Assembly: GCA_964016885.1 (NCBI GenBank)
Contig: OZ024747.1
Location: forward strand, 73,408,001-73,472,000
DNA length: 64,000 nucleotides
Reading direction: 5' to 3'
DNA from: Eledone cirrhosa
Lineage: Eukaryota
In this document: positions 43,405-57,659 of the stretch, in pieces
Position numbering within the stretch: position 1 is the stretch's first letter
How the letters are laid out: the number at the start of each line of letters is the position of its first letter
Made by a program: the position numbers and the translations under genes
Notes under the pieces: model-generated
Seen by the model: only the letters and a program-made list of their open reading frames with translations
The model's database searches: none
Told to the model about the DNA's origin: nothing

Positions 43405-43698
43405 TATGTATGTATGTATGTATGTAGATATATATGTGTGCAATAAATATACATCCATCCACACGCACACATGTCTATGTATATTTATTTCTCTCCTTGC
43501 CGCAGGTGTGAGCCCCGCGGGAACGCCTTCTCCATCCTGTCCGCCGGGGCTATGGGGTGGGGGTGGGGGTGGCGGGCATCGCGTAACATTCCATATTTAG
43601 GTATCCGAAACACAAAACCTGTTTATTTAGTCTCCATCTATCTAGTAATATAGATAGATAGACATAGAGAAGAGGAGTGAGAGAAAGAGAGAGAGAGG

Positions 43699-43761
<63 letters not shown>

Positions 43762-43932
43762 AAGAGAGAGATTGAAGTCACCAAATTGTCATTTGCGTGT
43801 ATATGTTAAGTCATTCTTTTTATTTATTCGTATTTTCTATCTGTTTCTATGGGAACTATCTATATCAGTATATTAGACACATTTCTATGAATTATTAGGA
43901 AATATTTTACAATTAATGTGTTTGTCAGTAGA

Positions 43933-45112
43933 ATGTGTACCCATGTGTATGTAGGCATAATATACACACATGTGTATGTAGGCATAATGTGTACACATGT
44001 GTATGTAGGCATAATATGTACACATGTGTATGTAGGCATAATATGTACACATGTGTATGTAGGCATAATGTGTACCCATGTGTATGTAGGCATAATGTGT
44101 ACCCATGTGTATGTAGGCATAATGTGTACCCATGTTATGTAGGCATAATATGTACCCATGTGTATGTAGGCATAATGTGTACCCATGTGTATGTAGGCAT
44201 AATGTGTACCCATGTTATGTAGGCATAATATGTACCCATGTGTATATAGGCATAATGTGTACCCATGTGTATGTAGGCATAATGTGTACCCATGTTATGT
44301 AGGCATAATATGTACACATGTGTATGTAGGCATAATGTGTACCCATGTGTATGTAGGCATAATATGTACCCATGTGTGTGTAGGCATAATATGTACACAT
44401 GTGTATGTAGGCATAATATGTACACATGTGTATGTAGGCATAATGTGTACCCATGTGTGTGTAGGCATAATATGTACCCATGTGTATGTAGGCATAATGT
44501 GTACCCATGTGTATGTAGGCATAATATGTACCCATGTGTATGTAGGCATAATGTGTACCCATGTGTATGCAGGCATAATATGTACACATGTGTATGTAGG
44601 CATAATGTGTACCCATGTGTGTGTAGGCATAATGTGTACACATGTGTGTGTAGGCATAATATGTACACATGTGTATGTAGGCATAATATGTACACATGTG
44701 TATGGAACCATAATGTGTACACATGTGTGTGTAAGTATAATGTGTACACATGTGTATGGAAGCATAATATGTACACATGTGTGTGTAAGTATAATGTGTA
44801 CACATGTGTATGTAGGCATAATATGTACCCATGTGTGTGTAGGCATAATGTGTACCCATGTGTGTGTAGGCATAATGTGTACACATGTGTATGGAACCAT
44901 AATGTGTACCAATGTGTGTGTAAGTATATGTGTACACATGTGTATGGAAGCATAATGTGTACCAATGTGTGTGTAAGTATAATGTGTACACATGTGTATG
45001 TAAGTATAATGTGTACACATGTGTGTGTAAGTATAATGTGTACACATGTGTGTGGAACCATAATATGTACACATGTGTGTGTAAGTATAATGTGTACACA
45101 TGTGTGTGTAAG
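43933..45112. repeat. 27-bp minisatellite, about 43 units
   Basis: Unit atgtgtacccatgtgtatgtaggcata with variants; explains the periodic ORFs in the track. Confidence 0.93.
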
Positions 45113-46445
45113 TAGTAAGTAGAATAGGTGGGGGAGATGTTAGAATACCGGATGTTGTTAATCTGTTAAGTATTTTCCGAGCACGAAGTGTGTTCAAATG
45201 TATTATAATTAAACCTCTCACTGTGATGCTGAAAGCAAACCAAACCATATAAAAAAATAGCCAAACGAAATATCTGATTTAATGCAATTAATCAGTTATA
45301 AATCACTGTTGTGATTGTTAATTTAATTAAAATTTATGTGTAATACATCAGATAATTGATTGTTATCACACGAACACAGGATACTGACAACGGAAATTAA
45401 ATAACAATATTATTTATTCCGAATTTCATTGAGTACGTGTATGTAGTTTCTTTTGCACACTGGCGCTACATTATCACTCATGGCTAAATATACTCAGAGA
45501 AGAAGACTTGGAAATAGAAAGTTATAGAATTTCATTCAAATCTTTTCTTCCGATTACCACAAGGACAATGAAAGTTTTCTAATTTTGAAAATAAGAATTG
45601 TTTATGATGCAAAATAAAATATCGAACGAGAGCATCCCTACACGGCCACACACAAATACTGAACTAGACAAATACAAACCTGCCAACCTCTAAAATCACG
45701 AACGGAGAGTACCATGAAATAAAGTGGAACAAAGGGGGAAAATTGAGGCAAGATGAGGCAACATTTTACATAATGAAAACTATACCCATTTATACAAGAG
45801 GAAACATATCTCACCCACCCTAAAGTGGGTGGGAGATCTCCCTGTCTGGCGGGGATAGTTGACAGGTCTATATATATTATTGTAGATTTCAAACGAAGGA
45901 CATTTTTCTAGTCCTGTAGAAGTCATTTCTATATGAGATAAATATCTGCCTTTTCTACTAATGTTTGAGTATTTTATTTTATTGTGCTTCTCTTTCGTTT
46001 CCTTTCGGAAAACTATTATGTATATATAAACACGCACGCTCAAACACTCAAACACACAAACACACGCGTCCGCGTGTTTGTCTGTGTGTGTGTGTGCTTA
46101 TGTGTGTATGTGTGTATGTTATCCATATACGTTGTGATTTATTTATATGTACCGTAAATCAGGAGTTCAATCAACAGATTTCGGTATTATGAATAACAGA
46201 CTTAAATAATTACAAATGGTATCGATGATATTGTGTGGTATGGTCCCGTCCTGATGGAGTCGTAGGGGGCATACAATTGATATACAGCGTTTCCTGAGCA
46301 TGTTAACCCTGGCCAAGTCCATTCCTCTTCAGGCCTGAATACAACAGATTTCTTCAAGATAAGGAGGATAGAAAATCAGAGAGAGGAAGTGAGAAAAGGA
46401 TACAAAGGAACAATCAACCCTAGTAATAGATTGGTAATAGTAATA

Positions 46446-46566
46446 TTATCGACCTGGAATGGATGAAAGGCAAAGTTGACCTCGGTAGGATTTGAACTCA
46501 GAGAGCAGAGAGTCGAAACAAATGCCACAAAGCAATTTATCCGACATTCTAACGAGTCTGCCAATT
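46446..46566 (-). mobile_element. SINE with tRNA-like head
   Basis: Minus strand tggcagactcgttagaatg (A box-like) ... ctgagttcaaatcc (B box) ... tttgcctttcatcc. Confidence 0.65.
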
Positions 46567-47099
46567 CAATTAAAAGCCTTTATGATGGTTGTGCATCATT
46601 GTCTCCAACAAGTCACTGGCACTAGTGAAAAAATAAAGGGAAATGTAGAATATATACGAAGATATATCATCAACACACACAAACACACATACAGAAACAC
46701 AGAGTCCACGCACAAACACACACACACAGACACTCACACTCACGCACCTACCAATATATACAGCTATATGATTGATTTTATTATCGCCGTTGTTACGGTT
46801 GCCTAAGTTCGCAATAGTATTATTTTATTATACAAAATATAAATGTTTTAGCTGAAAACTGATGAAGTCCAATATATTTCCCTCACCAGGTTTTCCGCAT
46901 GATTCCTTGTATTATGACATCAGCCATCGAGAGTTATAAAATAATGAGAAGAATGCCACATATATAGACACACACACACACATATATATATATACATATA
47001 TACATACATAAATACACACACCCACAAACACACATATATATATATATATATACACGCATATATACATATACACATATAAATATACTTATATTTCTAAAT

Positions 47100-47157
<58 letters not shown>

Positions 47158-47294
47158 TATATACACATATGATGTGTGTGTGTGTGAATCTGTGTGTGTG
47201 TGTGTATTCTTTAGAGACATTTATTTTAAGATATCTGATATCTGCACAGTTAATGGATATCACGGAGAGTATACATGTAAACCTATACAAAAAA

Positions 47295-47329
<35 letters not shown>

Positions 47330-47517
47330 TGTATGTATGTATGTATGTATGTATGTATGTATGTATGTATGTATCTATGCATGTGTATGTATGTATGTAT
47401 GTATGTGTGTATGTGTGTGTGTATGTATGTTTGTATGTATGTATGTATTTATCTACGTATTTATCTAACTCTCTCTTTATATACATACCATCATAAATAG
47501 ATATTTACACATAAATA

Positions 47518-47595
47518 CAGGGTGTTCCCCAAAAATATATATATACTGTGATTAGAATGCTGCTAAAATGTGTATACATTTTATTGGACACCCTG
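47518..47595. mobile_element. Tc1/mariner-type miniature element
   Basis: TA-CAGGGTGTTC ... GGACACCCTG terminal inverted repeats. Confidence 0.6.
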
Positions 47596-47677
47596 CATAT
47601 ATATGTAAAAGGTAAACAGAAATAACAACACAATCGGTACAGTATATGGAAGGAATATATTAGGTTACGCATATATA

Positions 47678-47966
<289 letters not shown>

Positions 47967-48246
47967 ATATAATATATATATATATATATATACACACGCA
48001 TTATTGAACTCAGATTTGATATATTATGTGTGTTAAATATACCTGCATGTCTTTGTAAAACAGTGTGGCTTTGTACAGACAAAGACAACTAAGAAAATCA
48101 ATAGAATGTAAGTTCCTATTTTTATTAGTTTTACATCGGGTCTCTATATCTACACAAAGACACTTTGTGCTGAAAAATAAAATGGAAACACCATGACGAA
48201 ACATGTTTACACAGTCAATCACATCAATACAAATACATGTTCAGAT

Positions 48247-48283
<37 letters not shown>

Positions 48284-48330
48284 AACACACACACACAACA
48301 CACACACACACAACGCACCCCCCCCCCCCA

Positions 48331-48374
<44 letters not shown>

Positions 48375-48477
48375 TATATACATTCATATATACATGAACA
48401 CGCATATTTATACACACACATATATATATATATATATATACACACTCACACATACACACTGACACACACACGCAGAC

Positions 48478-48514
<37 letters not shown>

Positions 48515-49296
48515 CATGGTGGAATTCGACTCAACAATAATCTTGACCATTACTAACTTAATGAGCCATAAAGCGGAGATACTTTTATTCCAGTTGAATA
48601 TTTGCTGTTTTTAATATCCCATGTGATGTTAAGTTGGTTACACAATTTAACACAATTGTATGGACCATCTATGTTAACAAGTAACAACTGTCTGTGGATA
48701 AGATATAAGATATACCTAGCCAAATGAACATATGGTTTGTACAGTACCGCATTGCTTTACACAAAACCTCCCAAAACATAGCAAATACTAATATAACTAC
48801 GTATTGTTAATGATTCAGAAAGGACAAATCAAGCCATTTAGTCCGGCAACATGTTAATAAATATGGTAGCTGACAGGAACCACTTCTGTCGATGGTGGAA
48901 AAACAGAGACTTGTCTTGTTTGGTCATCTGCACTGTCACAAATCCTTATCTAGAAATCATGGAGGGAGTGGAAAGAAGAGGCAGACACAGGAAATCATGA
49001 TGAGGCTACATCAGAAACTGGACTGGTAATAACACTGATACTCTTCTACACATGATGGAGTATAGAGCCCAGACGCTGACTACGAAAGTATCTAGTGTGG
49101 TACTCGAACGAATGGCTGTACTAGTTGCACATCTAAATTGACCCTCCAAAGTCTGGCTGCACCAGTTGCGGGAATATGATTGATTAATTACAAATGATCG
49201 CAAATCCAATTTTATACTGGCTTACACTACCAGCAGTTTATTCCAAGTATCATTTTATGCAATGTGGCTTCAGCATGGCCAAAGATGAAATGTCAA

Positions 49297-49420
49297 CACA
49301 TCCTAATAAGTAGTCTGGCAGGGCAATAGATCACATGTCCACACATCCCAATAAGTAGTCATCATGGCCAAAGGTCACATGTCGATACATCCCAATAAGT
49401 AGTCTGACATGGCAATAGAT
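49297..49420. repeat. Degenerate ~43-bp tandem repeat, 3 units
   Basis: Three copies of acatccYaataagtagtc. Confidence 0.7.
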
Positions 49421-49693
49421 TACCAAACCTAGAATTTCTGTGCACTTTATTTTGTTGAAGGCATGCTACGTTCATACACCATTTTGACAAGTCTTTTATT
49501 TTTGGTTCTGACGACTTTCTATGAAACCTCGCCACCAGGCTAGAGCTGGAGTACAGGATTAGTCACCAATGATCAGACTATGTATTTGGTTGTACTGAAT
49601 CACATGTTCCCATGAGCTCTCACGAGGCACCTGACATAAATACATACACACACAGGCATACACACAGACAAACATTTACATATATACACATGA

Positions 49694-49727
<34 letters not shown>

Positions 49728-50419
49728 ACACACATATATATATATATGTATGTTAAAGGGATGTATCCCTACAATTTACAACGTTCAAATTCACTGAGGT
49801 CAACTTTGCCTTTCATCCATTCATCCAAATGTACCAGCTTGTACTGGGGTAGATTCTACTCCTGTCTCTCTTTCTAGCTTACATTCTCTCACTTTTTTAA
49901 AAAGAAATCTACTGTATTCGGACCTGGAGATGAGATGGGCTCCACTAGGTTTAAATATGTCCTAGAAACGCCAGTATTTACGGGACCAAACATACCTACT
50001 ATTTATACTATATATAAGTTTCGCTAGCAAAATTTAAACAAATATAACATATAACATTTTTACACAGAAAGAAAAACATAACAGGTAGCTTTTACATACT
50101 TAACAGATAATTCACCGTTCATTAGAACACAAGTACTATCGTTCAGAAATACATAAATAATATTTACATCAAAGAGAACTAAAATTAAAATAGATAATTT
50201 AATTTGAATAATGTGGAAATGTTCACAATAGGCCATCTGTAATTATATTCTCATTAAACTTACCTTATGTTTTCTTATATATTTCTTTTATGTGTAAATA
50301 TCTGTTATGTAATTCATTAAGACGTCAAGGAATATTTAGTATGCAAATTAGATTAGTACTTTCGCGTCGAGTCCTATATGCCGTAGTAATAACTACCTAA
50401 AAAGTTTAGATATACAAAT

Positions 50420-50499
<80 letters not shown>

Positions 50500-50995
50500 T
50501 TGTGTGTGTGAGTCCATGAATATTCATCTCTTTCTCTCTCTCTCTCACTCTCTGTATATATATATTTAAAAGATATTTTCTTATTTTACGTCTTTTATAT
50601 TATTGTTCTGCACCCTCCTGCATTGAACCACCTAGGTACTATGACATAACCTGTGTATTTGCTGGCATGGACGTACATCTGTGCGCCTATGTTAGTTGAT
50701 ATATTAAATTATCTATATTTATCTCCAAATCACTGATTTGTCGAGCAAACCTGCCAAAACCACTTCAAAATTTTTTTGGGGGTGTTAGTAGGCGTCAGTC
50801 ATCTTACCATCCCATTCCTTCTAACTGGCCTCTATGTCACGTGATTGATTCTTTAGAATCGGCCATTTGACTGGAAGCAGTGAGAATTTCAGTACATAGA
50901 ATCCAGTCCTCGCCTAGCTGTTCTTTCTACCGAATTATTATTTTTATATGAGCCGCCAGCGTCCGCGCATTGCCTGGAGGCTCAGCTGAGAATAG

Positions 50996-51077
50996 ACTCC
51001 CTGATGACGCAATGAATTCTCGACAGTTGGATTATGTAACTGTCTTTATCCCATTGCAGAAACTAATTAGTTGGAGT
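50996..51077 (+). ncRNA. Type I hammerhead ribozyme motif, unit 1
   Basis: actcc-CTGATGA-c-gcaatg...gacagtt...aactgtc...cattgc-a-GAAA-ctaattag-TT-ggagt. Palindrome ACTAATTAGT; predicted cleavage after 51072. Confidence 0.87.
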
Positions 51078-51549
51078 GAAAATTTAAGTAAGTAAGTAAA
51101 AAATTTTTTAAAAATTTTTTTAAAAGATATTTTCTTATTTTACGTCTTTTATATTATTGTTCTGCACCCTCCTGCATTGAACCACCTAGGTACTATGACA
51201 TAACCTGTGTATTTGCTGGCATGGACGTACATCTGTGCGCCTATGTTAGTTGATATATTAAATTATCTATATTTATCTCCAAATCACTGATTTGTCGAGC
51301 AAACCTGCCAAAACCACTTCAAAATTTTTTTGGGGGTGTTAGTAGGCGTCAGTCATCTTACCATCCCATTCCTTCTAACTGGCCTCTATGTCACGTGATT
51401 GATTCTTTAGAATCAGCCATTTGACTGGAAGCAGTGAGAATTTCAGTACATAGAATCCAGTCCTCGCCTAGCTGTTCTTTCTACCGAATTATTATTTTTA
51501 TATGAGCCGCCAGTGTCCGCGCATTGCCTGGAGGCTCAGCTGAGAATAG

Positions 51550-51631
51550 ACTCCCTGATGACGCAATGAATTCTCGACAGTTGGATTATGTAACTGTCTT
51601 TATCCCATTGCAGAAACTAATTAGTTGGAGT
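51550..51631 (+). ncRNA. Hammerhead ribozyme motif, unit 2
   Basis: Same sequence as unit 1. Confidence 0.87.
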
Positions 51632-52103
51632 GAAAATTTAAGTAAGTAAGTAAAAAATTTTTTAAAAATTTTTTTAAAAGATATTTTCTTATTTTACGTC
51701 TTTTATATTATTGTTCTGCACCCTCCTGCATTGAACCACCTAGGTACTATGACATAACCTGTGTATTTGCTGGCATGGACGTACATCTGTGCGCCTATGT
51801 TAGTTGATATATTAAATTATCTATATTTATCTCCAAATCACTGATTTGTCGAGCAAACCTGCCAAAACCACTTCAAAATTTTTTTTGGGGTGTTAGTAGG
51901 CGTCAGTCATCTTACCATCCCATTCCTTCTAACTGGCCTCTATGTCACGTGATTGATTCTTTAGAATCGGCCATTTGACTGGAAGCAGTGAGAATTTCAG
52001 TACATAGAATCCAGTCCTCGCCTAGCTGTTCTTTCTACCGAATTATTATTTTTATATGAGCCGCCAGTGTCTGCGCATTGCCTGGAGGCTCAGCTGAGAA
52101 TAG

Positions 52104-52185
52104 ACTCCCTGATGACGCAATGAATTCTCGACAGTTGGATTATGTAACTGTCTTTATCCCATTGCAGAAACTAATTAGTTGGAGT
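52104..52185 (+). ncRNA. Hammerhead ribozyme motif, unit 3
   Basis: Same sequence as unit 1. Confidence 0.87.
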
Positions 52186-52657
52186 GAAAATTTAAGTAAG
52201 TAAGTAAAAAAATTTAAAAAAATTTTTTTAAAAGATATTTTCTTATTTTACGTCTTTTATATTATTGTTCTGCACCCTCCTGCATTGAACCACCTAGGTA
52301 CTATGACATAACCTGTGTATTTGCTGGCATGGACGTACATCTGTCCGCCTATGTTAGTTGATATATTAAATTATCTATATTTATCTCCAAATCGCTGATT
52401 TGTCGAGCAAACCTGCCAAAACCACTTCAAAATTTTTTTTGGGGTGTTAGTAGGCGTCAGTCATCTTACCATCCCATTCCTTCTAACTGGCCTCTATGTC
52501 ACGTGATTGATTCTTTAGAATCGGCCATTTGACTGGAAGCAGTGAGAATTTCAGTACATAGAATCCAGTCCTCGCCTAGCTGTTCTTTCTACCGAATTAT
52601 TATTTTTATATGAGCCGCCAGTGTCCGCGCATTGCCTGGAGGCTCAGCTGAGAATAG

Positions 52658-52739
52658 ACTCCCTGATGACGCAATGAATTCTCGACAGTTGGATTATGTA
52701 ACTGTCTTTATCCCATTGCAGAAACTAATTAGTTGGAGT
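52658..52739 (+). ncRNA. Hammerhead ribozyme motif, unit 4
   Basis: Same sequence as unit 1. Confidence 0.87.
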
Positions 52740-53211
52740 GAAAATTTAAGTAAGTAAGTAAAAAATTTTTTAAAAATTTTTTTAAAAGATATTTTCTTAT
52801 TTTACGTCTTTTATATTATTGTTCTGCACCCTCCTGCATTGAACCACCTAGGTACTATGACATAACCTGTGTATTTGCTGGCATGGACGTACATCTGTGC
52901 GCCTATGTTAGTTGATATATTAAATTATCTATATTTATCTCCAAATCACTGATTTGTCGAGCAAACCTGCCAAAACCACTTCAAAATTTTTTTGGGGGTG
53001 TTAGTAGGCGTCAGTCATCTTACCATCCCATTCCTTCTAACTGGCCTCTATGTCACGTGATTGATTCTTTAGAATCAGCCATTTGACTGGAAGCAGTGAG
53101 AATTTCAGTACATAGAATCCAGTCCTCGCCTAGCTGTTCTTTCTACCGAATTATTATTTTTATATGAGCCGCCAGTGTCCGCGCATTGCCTGGAGGCTCA
53201 GCTGAGAATAG

Positions 53212-53293
53212 ACTCCCTGATGACGCAATGAATTCTCGACAGTTGGATTATGTAACTGTCTTTATCCCATTGCAGAAACTAATTAGTTGGAGT
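53212..53293 (+). ncRNA. Hammerhead ribozyme motif, unit 5
   Basis: Same sequence as unit 1. Confidence 0.87.
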
Positions 53294-53360
53294 GAAAATT
53301 TAAGTAAGTAAGTAAAAAAATTTTTTTAAATTTTTTTAAAAGATATTTTCTTATTTTACG

Positions 53361-53399
<39 letters not shown>

Positions 53400-53505
53400 T
53401 TTATCCCGGCTTTAATCGGGGGTAACCACAGTAAGAAAGGTACTCAATACATAGTAGATTATAAATATTAATGTATATATATATATATTATATAAATATA
53501 TATAA

Positions 53506-53554
<49 letters not shown>

Positions 53555-54627
53555 TGTGTGCATGCGTGTTATGTGTTTTACCGAACTGATAGTTATATTT
53601 TTACCGATCCCCTATCTTCTTCCAGTGTATTCACCGAGTGAAGAGTTTACTAAAATGTTGCGACACATCACATAAATGTGGTAAAGGTTCAGCAAGACAT
53701 TTGCTTCAATAATTATTATAATTCAGGGGAATGAACTTGTCTTAATACAAATGCATATTCTTTTGAGGAATCATGGATTACGTACAATCAGATAATGCAA
53801 TTGATTATTCTGAGCCATATTACTTGAGATGAAAATGGTATCACATATCTTTCAATGATTGTGTATCGTACGATAATTGAATTATTTACACACAATTGAA
53901 GAATAGACTCGTATTAAAGACGATACGTTTGTTTAGATAATATTTACAGACGAAACAAAATACATTCCCACATCAACTTAACAACCGTTTCTTTAAAACG
54001 ATGTAGCGCATCACGAAGCATTAATCCTTACACCCCCCCCCACATTTCTTGTTAAGAGATACTAATATTTTATAACTTTTTCTGTTGTTTTAATATTCGT
54101 ATTTTCATAGAAAGGGTCCACAGGATGCAACTCTGCGAAGATTATTATCACAGACCCAAATGGTACATGATATACTGAACCTAGTTTGTATATATTTGTC
54201 CACAAATATATAATATATCCTTTACACATTTCGATATTTAATGAAACCAACCCCACCAATCATCTTTATATTTCTGACATAGTATTTTGGGAAGTAATAA
54301 TATCTTATTAATGGATGAATAGATGCAGCAAACTATAAGGAATATATAGACAAATATGAAATTTAACTCAGTGTTAAATTGAACTCAGAACTCCGATATA
54401 CAGAAGATGATGCATCAAGCATATATATATATATGAATTTGAGTATGTGTTGGTTGGTTACCAACACTTCAGAATACATGGTAGAGCACTCAACGAAATC
54501 CCATACCACCTGTTCTTTGAGAAAACAACATCTTACTTCGGGACAAGGCATATCAAGGGACTGAAATAATGGAGGTAAACTTTGTTCCATCATTCTGTCT
54601 TTCTGTTTTTTTTCTCTTTAAGTTCTA

Positions 54628-54686
54628 GCTGACTGATGAGGTCATAGCTGTTGTATAATGGTTATCACCGAAATATATATGACAGC
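54628..54686 (+). ncRNA. Degenerate hammerhead motif
   Basis: gctga-CTGATGA-ggtcatagc...gttatcacc-GAAA-tatata-TG-acagc. G at the cleavage position and an A-A mismatch in stem I suggest it is inactive. Confidence 0.6.
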
Positions 54687-55070
54687 GAATATGAATAAAC
54701 GAAGTTAGTTTTAACCTGTTGACTTGCATATATACATATATACATTTGGACGATGTGCAGAATCGCCAGTAGATTGTACACAGTACTGAACGCTATTTGT
54801 TGAGGTTCGAGAATGAGAGGGAGAGGGTCGATAGATAGAAAGAGTGGGGTAGAGAAAGAGATAGTTCACGAGAGAGTGAAGGAAACTCAGTGTGTGGTAC
54901 ATTTGCCAAATAATCCTTTAGAGTATCTTACAAATTTACAAATTGGTACATATAGCTGCACAGAACATAAATAAAAATGTATTGATTTTACCATGGAGCT
55001 AAATACTAGCGCAATTTGATATGAAACTTGATTTACACATATTTGTCTGAAGATGTAAATAAGAAAATCT

Positions 55071-55071
55071 A

Positions 55072-55103
<32 letters not shown>

Positions 55104-55122
55104 CTAGTTTGTAGTAGAAGTT

Positions 55123-55190
<68 letters not shown>

Positions 55191-55205
55191 TTGTAGTAGT
55201 AGTTT

Positions 55206-55255
<50 letters not shown>

Positions 55256-55270
55256 TTATAGTTGTAGTAG
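55071..55270. repeat. (TAG)n microsatellite
   Basis: Direct inspection. Confidence 0.95.
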
Positions 55271-56639
55271 TTGCGGGAAATAGGAAAACAAGGATTGTGA
55301 GTGATAATAGTCTTACCTAACCTAAACACAGGTCTACATATTTGTGTAAGGGAGCGGAGTATACTCGTATAACATTTGGTCTTTTGGTATGGTTTTTATT
55401 TTATAAGCCCCACAAAAATCTAAATGGAAGTTGTGTAAGAGTTTGACCGAAATGTTAGAATGCTATATTTTCTCTGCCCTAAATACTTAAGAATATATTC
55501 TACAGGCACAATTGATTAAACGTATTTCAAAATTCTAATTGTTTTAATTTTATCAGAAGAAATTTGAATTAGACTGAGAACGGGAAGGGAGGTAGCTTGT
55601 AGCAGCATTCTGCTACAACATAACGTATTTAAAATTCCTATTTTTAATTTAGGGACAAATTCACGCGTTTCGTAGAAGACAGTAAATGAAATCAGATCTT
55701 ATGAGTAGCAAGCAATTTCGTAGTCGTCAATAGTTTAATTGCCATACAAAATACCTGGTAAAAGCATATATATGGCAACACATTACATCTAAGATAACAT
55801 CAACTGTTATATATGCCGCCATGGATTGTAAAAGATGTAAGAGAGCTCCCAAGGAAGCTCGAGTCAAATTTATATATATAAATTGTTTCCACACACACAC
55901 ACGCAGACACACAGACACACATAAACACACACACACACACACACACGCGCCCACACACACACATATATATATAGAAATATATATAAATTATTTACATGAT
56001 ATGAATTTAAAGAAATCGTTTGCTTGAAATGTCATACAGAAGAATTGAATTCAGAATCATGTGTTACAAACTAAACATTGTAACTACGATTACACATATA
56101 CATACATCATATCCTTACAAACACACACATGTTTTAAACAACTTCATTAATATAAGTTTATTTTGTTTAAGATTTCACTTGACTGTAAATGGAAAGATGC
56201 TTTACAAATATATAAATATGAATCAGAGATGGAAAAATGTAACATTGTTCATAAACATAAATATCATTTTAGCACATTATCGAGAAAACAACATTTTTTC
56301 TACAGCAATATTGTTCGAGTTTGAATGATGAAAACACTTGATATTTTTCTATAAGATTTCTGTTTTTTTTTGTGTGAAAACAACTCTTAATATTCACAAA
56401 ACATTAAGCAAAGTAATTTGCTGTGTGAAAATGGAATCCTCGATACCTTTTAATGAAAACCAACTATATTTATGAAAATGCATTGAGAGTTACTTTTGTT
56501 TCCCATCCTCTTTCGCATCTAAATGATTCGTTAGTGTTATTCATATAGAGTATATTCCTTAAAAAACTCTATCAGCCCATTCTATATTCAAACCATTTAA
56601 GAGTAAAGTCTAAAATCTGTCTCGAGCCCAAATACTCAT

Positions 56640-57285
56640 TATGCCGTTGTTTATCTCGGTTTCCTTTGGTGTTAACCGATTGACTGGACAGGATGCCAGG
56701 CTATCACAGATTTAAACCCCAGATATTGCTGGTACTCATTGTCTGCTGAGCATACTGGAGCAACGGGAAATGAAGTGTTGGCTCAAGAACACAATATGTA
56801 AAGTTATGCTCAGATTTAAATATTTGACGGTCCTATTTGCATATTTACACACACATACACACATATATATATATAGTATGCGGTACTGGGACCGGGAAGA
56901 CCGGAAATCAAAGAAGTACTCGATATATGCTAAAATACATGAGTGTTTGTGCCTGTGTTTCTATATGCATATTTTTGAGATTCTGGATTTTCGGCTGATA
57001 ATTGATAGGTCATGAGTTTGTTTCCCAGCAGGCAGAATATTATGTCCTTTAGCAAGACACTTAATTTCAAGTTGCTCCAGTTCACTCAGCCGAAGAAACC
57101 GTTTTCTACCTGTTCTTCTAAATGGTCTACATTTTATATACCCAGCCTGAATCTTATTGAGAATGGTGTTTAGATTACACGTGTCTTTGAAATACTTCGC
57201 TACGTGCACGTTGATTCTACAGACAGGTTTTTCCGTTGATTAAACAACAGGAAAACTCGTCGTCGGTAACGACCGAGGTCCAACA
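56640..57285. mobile_element. Two oppositely oriented fragments of a second SINE-like family
   Basis: ~56745-56795 (ctgag...ctggagcaac...gaaatgaagtgtt) is an imperfect reverse complement of ~57038-57090 (acacttaatttcaagttgctccagttcactcag). Confidence 0.5.
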
Positions 57286-57659
57286 TCTAGATTTCTGAAA
57301 TTTTCTAATGAATTTATTGGCAAGATAAAATCTTATTTCCAATTATTTTTCTAAGCGGTGATGTTGGAGTCTGTTACTTGGTGTAAGTGAGTTATTTACA
57401 ATAATACTAAGTTAGTGTGTCGGCGAAGATTTAATTAAATTAAGTCACTCTGTAACGGAAAAGATAGCTAAGGGCATGTTGATTGGACAAAACGTAAGAG
57501 CGTCGACAATAACAACAATACAAAATATCATCTTCATTTTCATCTTTATCGAGTATAATAACAACAATAACAATGATATTGATAAAAAAACGATAATATT
57601 AATCGCGATATCAATATTACTACTGCTCCCGTGCTACTACTACTACTACTACTACTACT

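Larger units (their letters stand above)
50567..53370 (+). mobile_element. 554-bp tandem array (5 units + 34 bp), each unit with a hammerhead; retrozyme-like
   Basis: Unit starts at 50567, 51121, 51675, 52229, 52783 and 53337. Only a few substitutions between units, no ORF in the track, flanked by TA runs. Confidence 0.88.

Noticed and set aside
46280-46336. Minus-strand CTGAAGA...GAAAcgctgTA
   Set aside because: Stem I does not pair and stem II is weak.
49508-49535. CTGACGA...GAAA
   Set aside because: No stems and no cleavage triplet.
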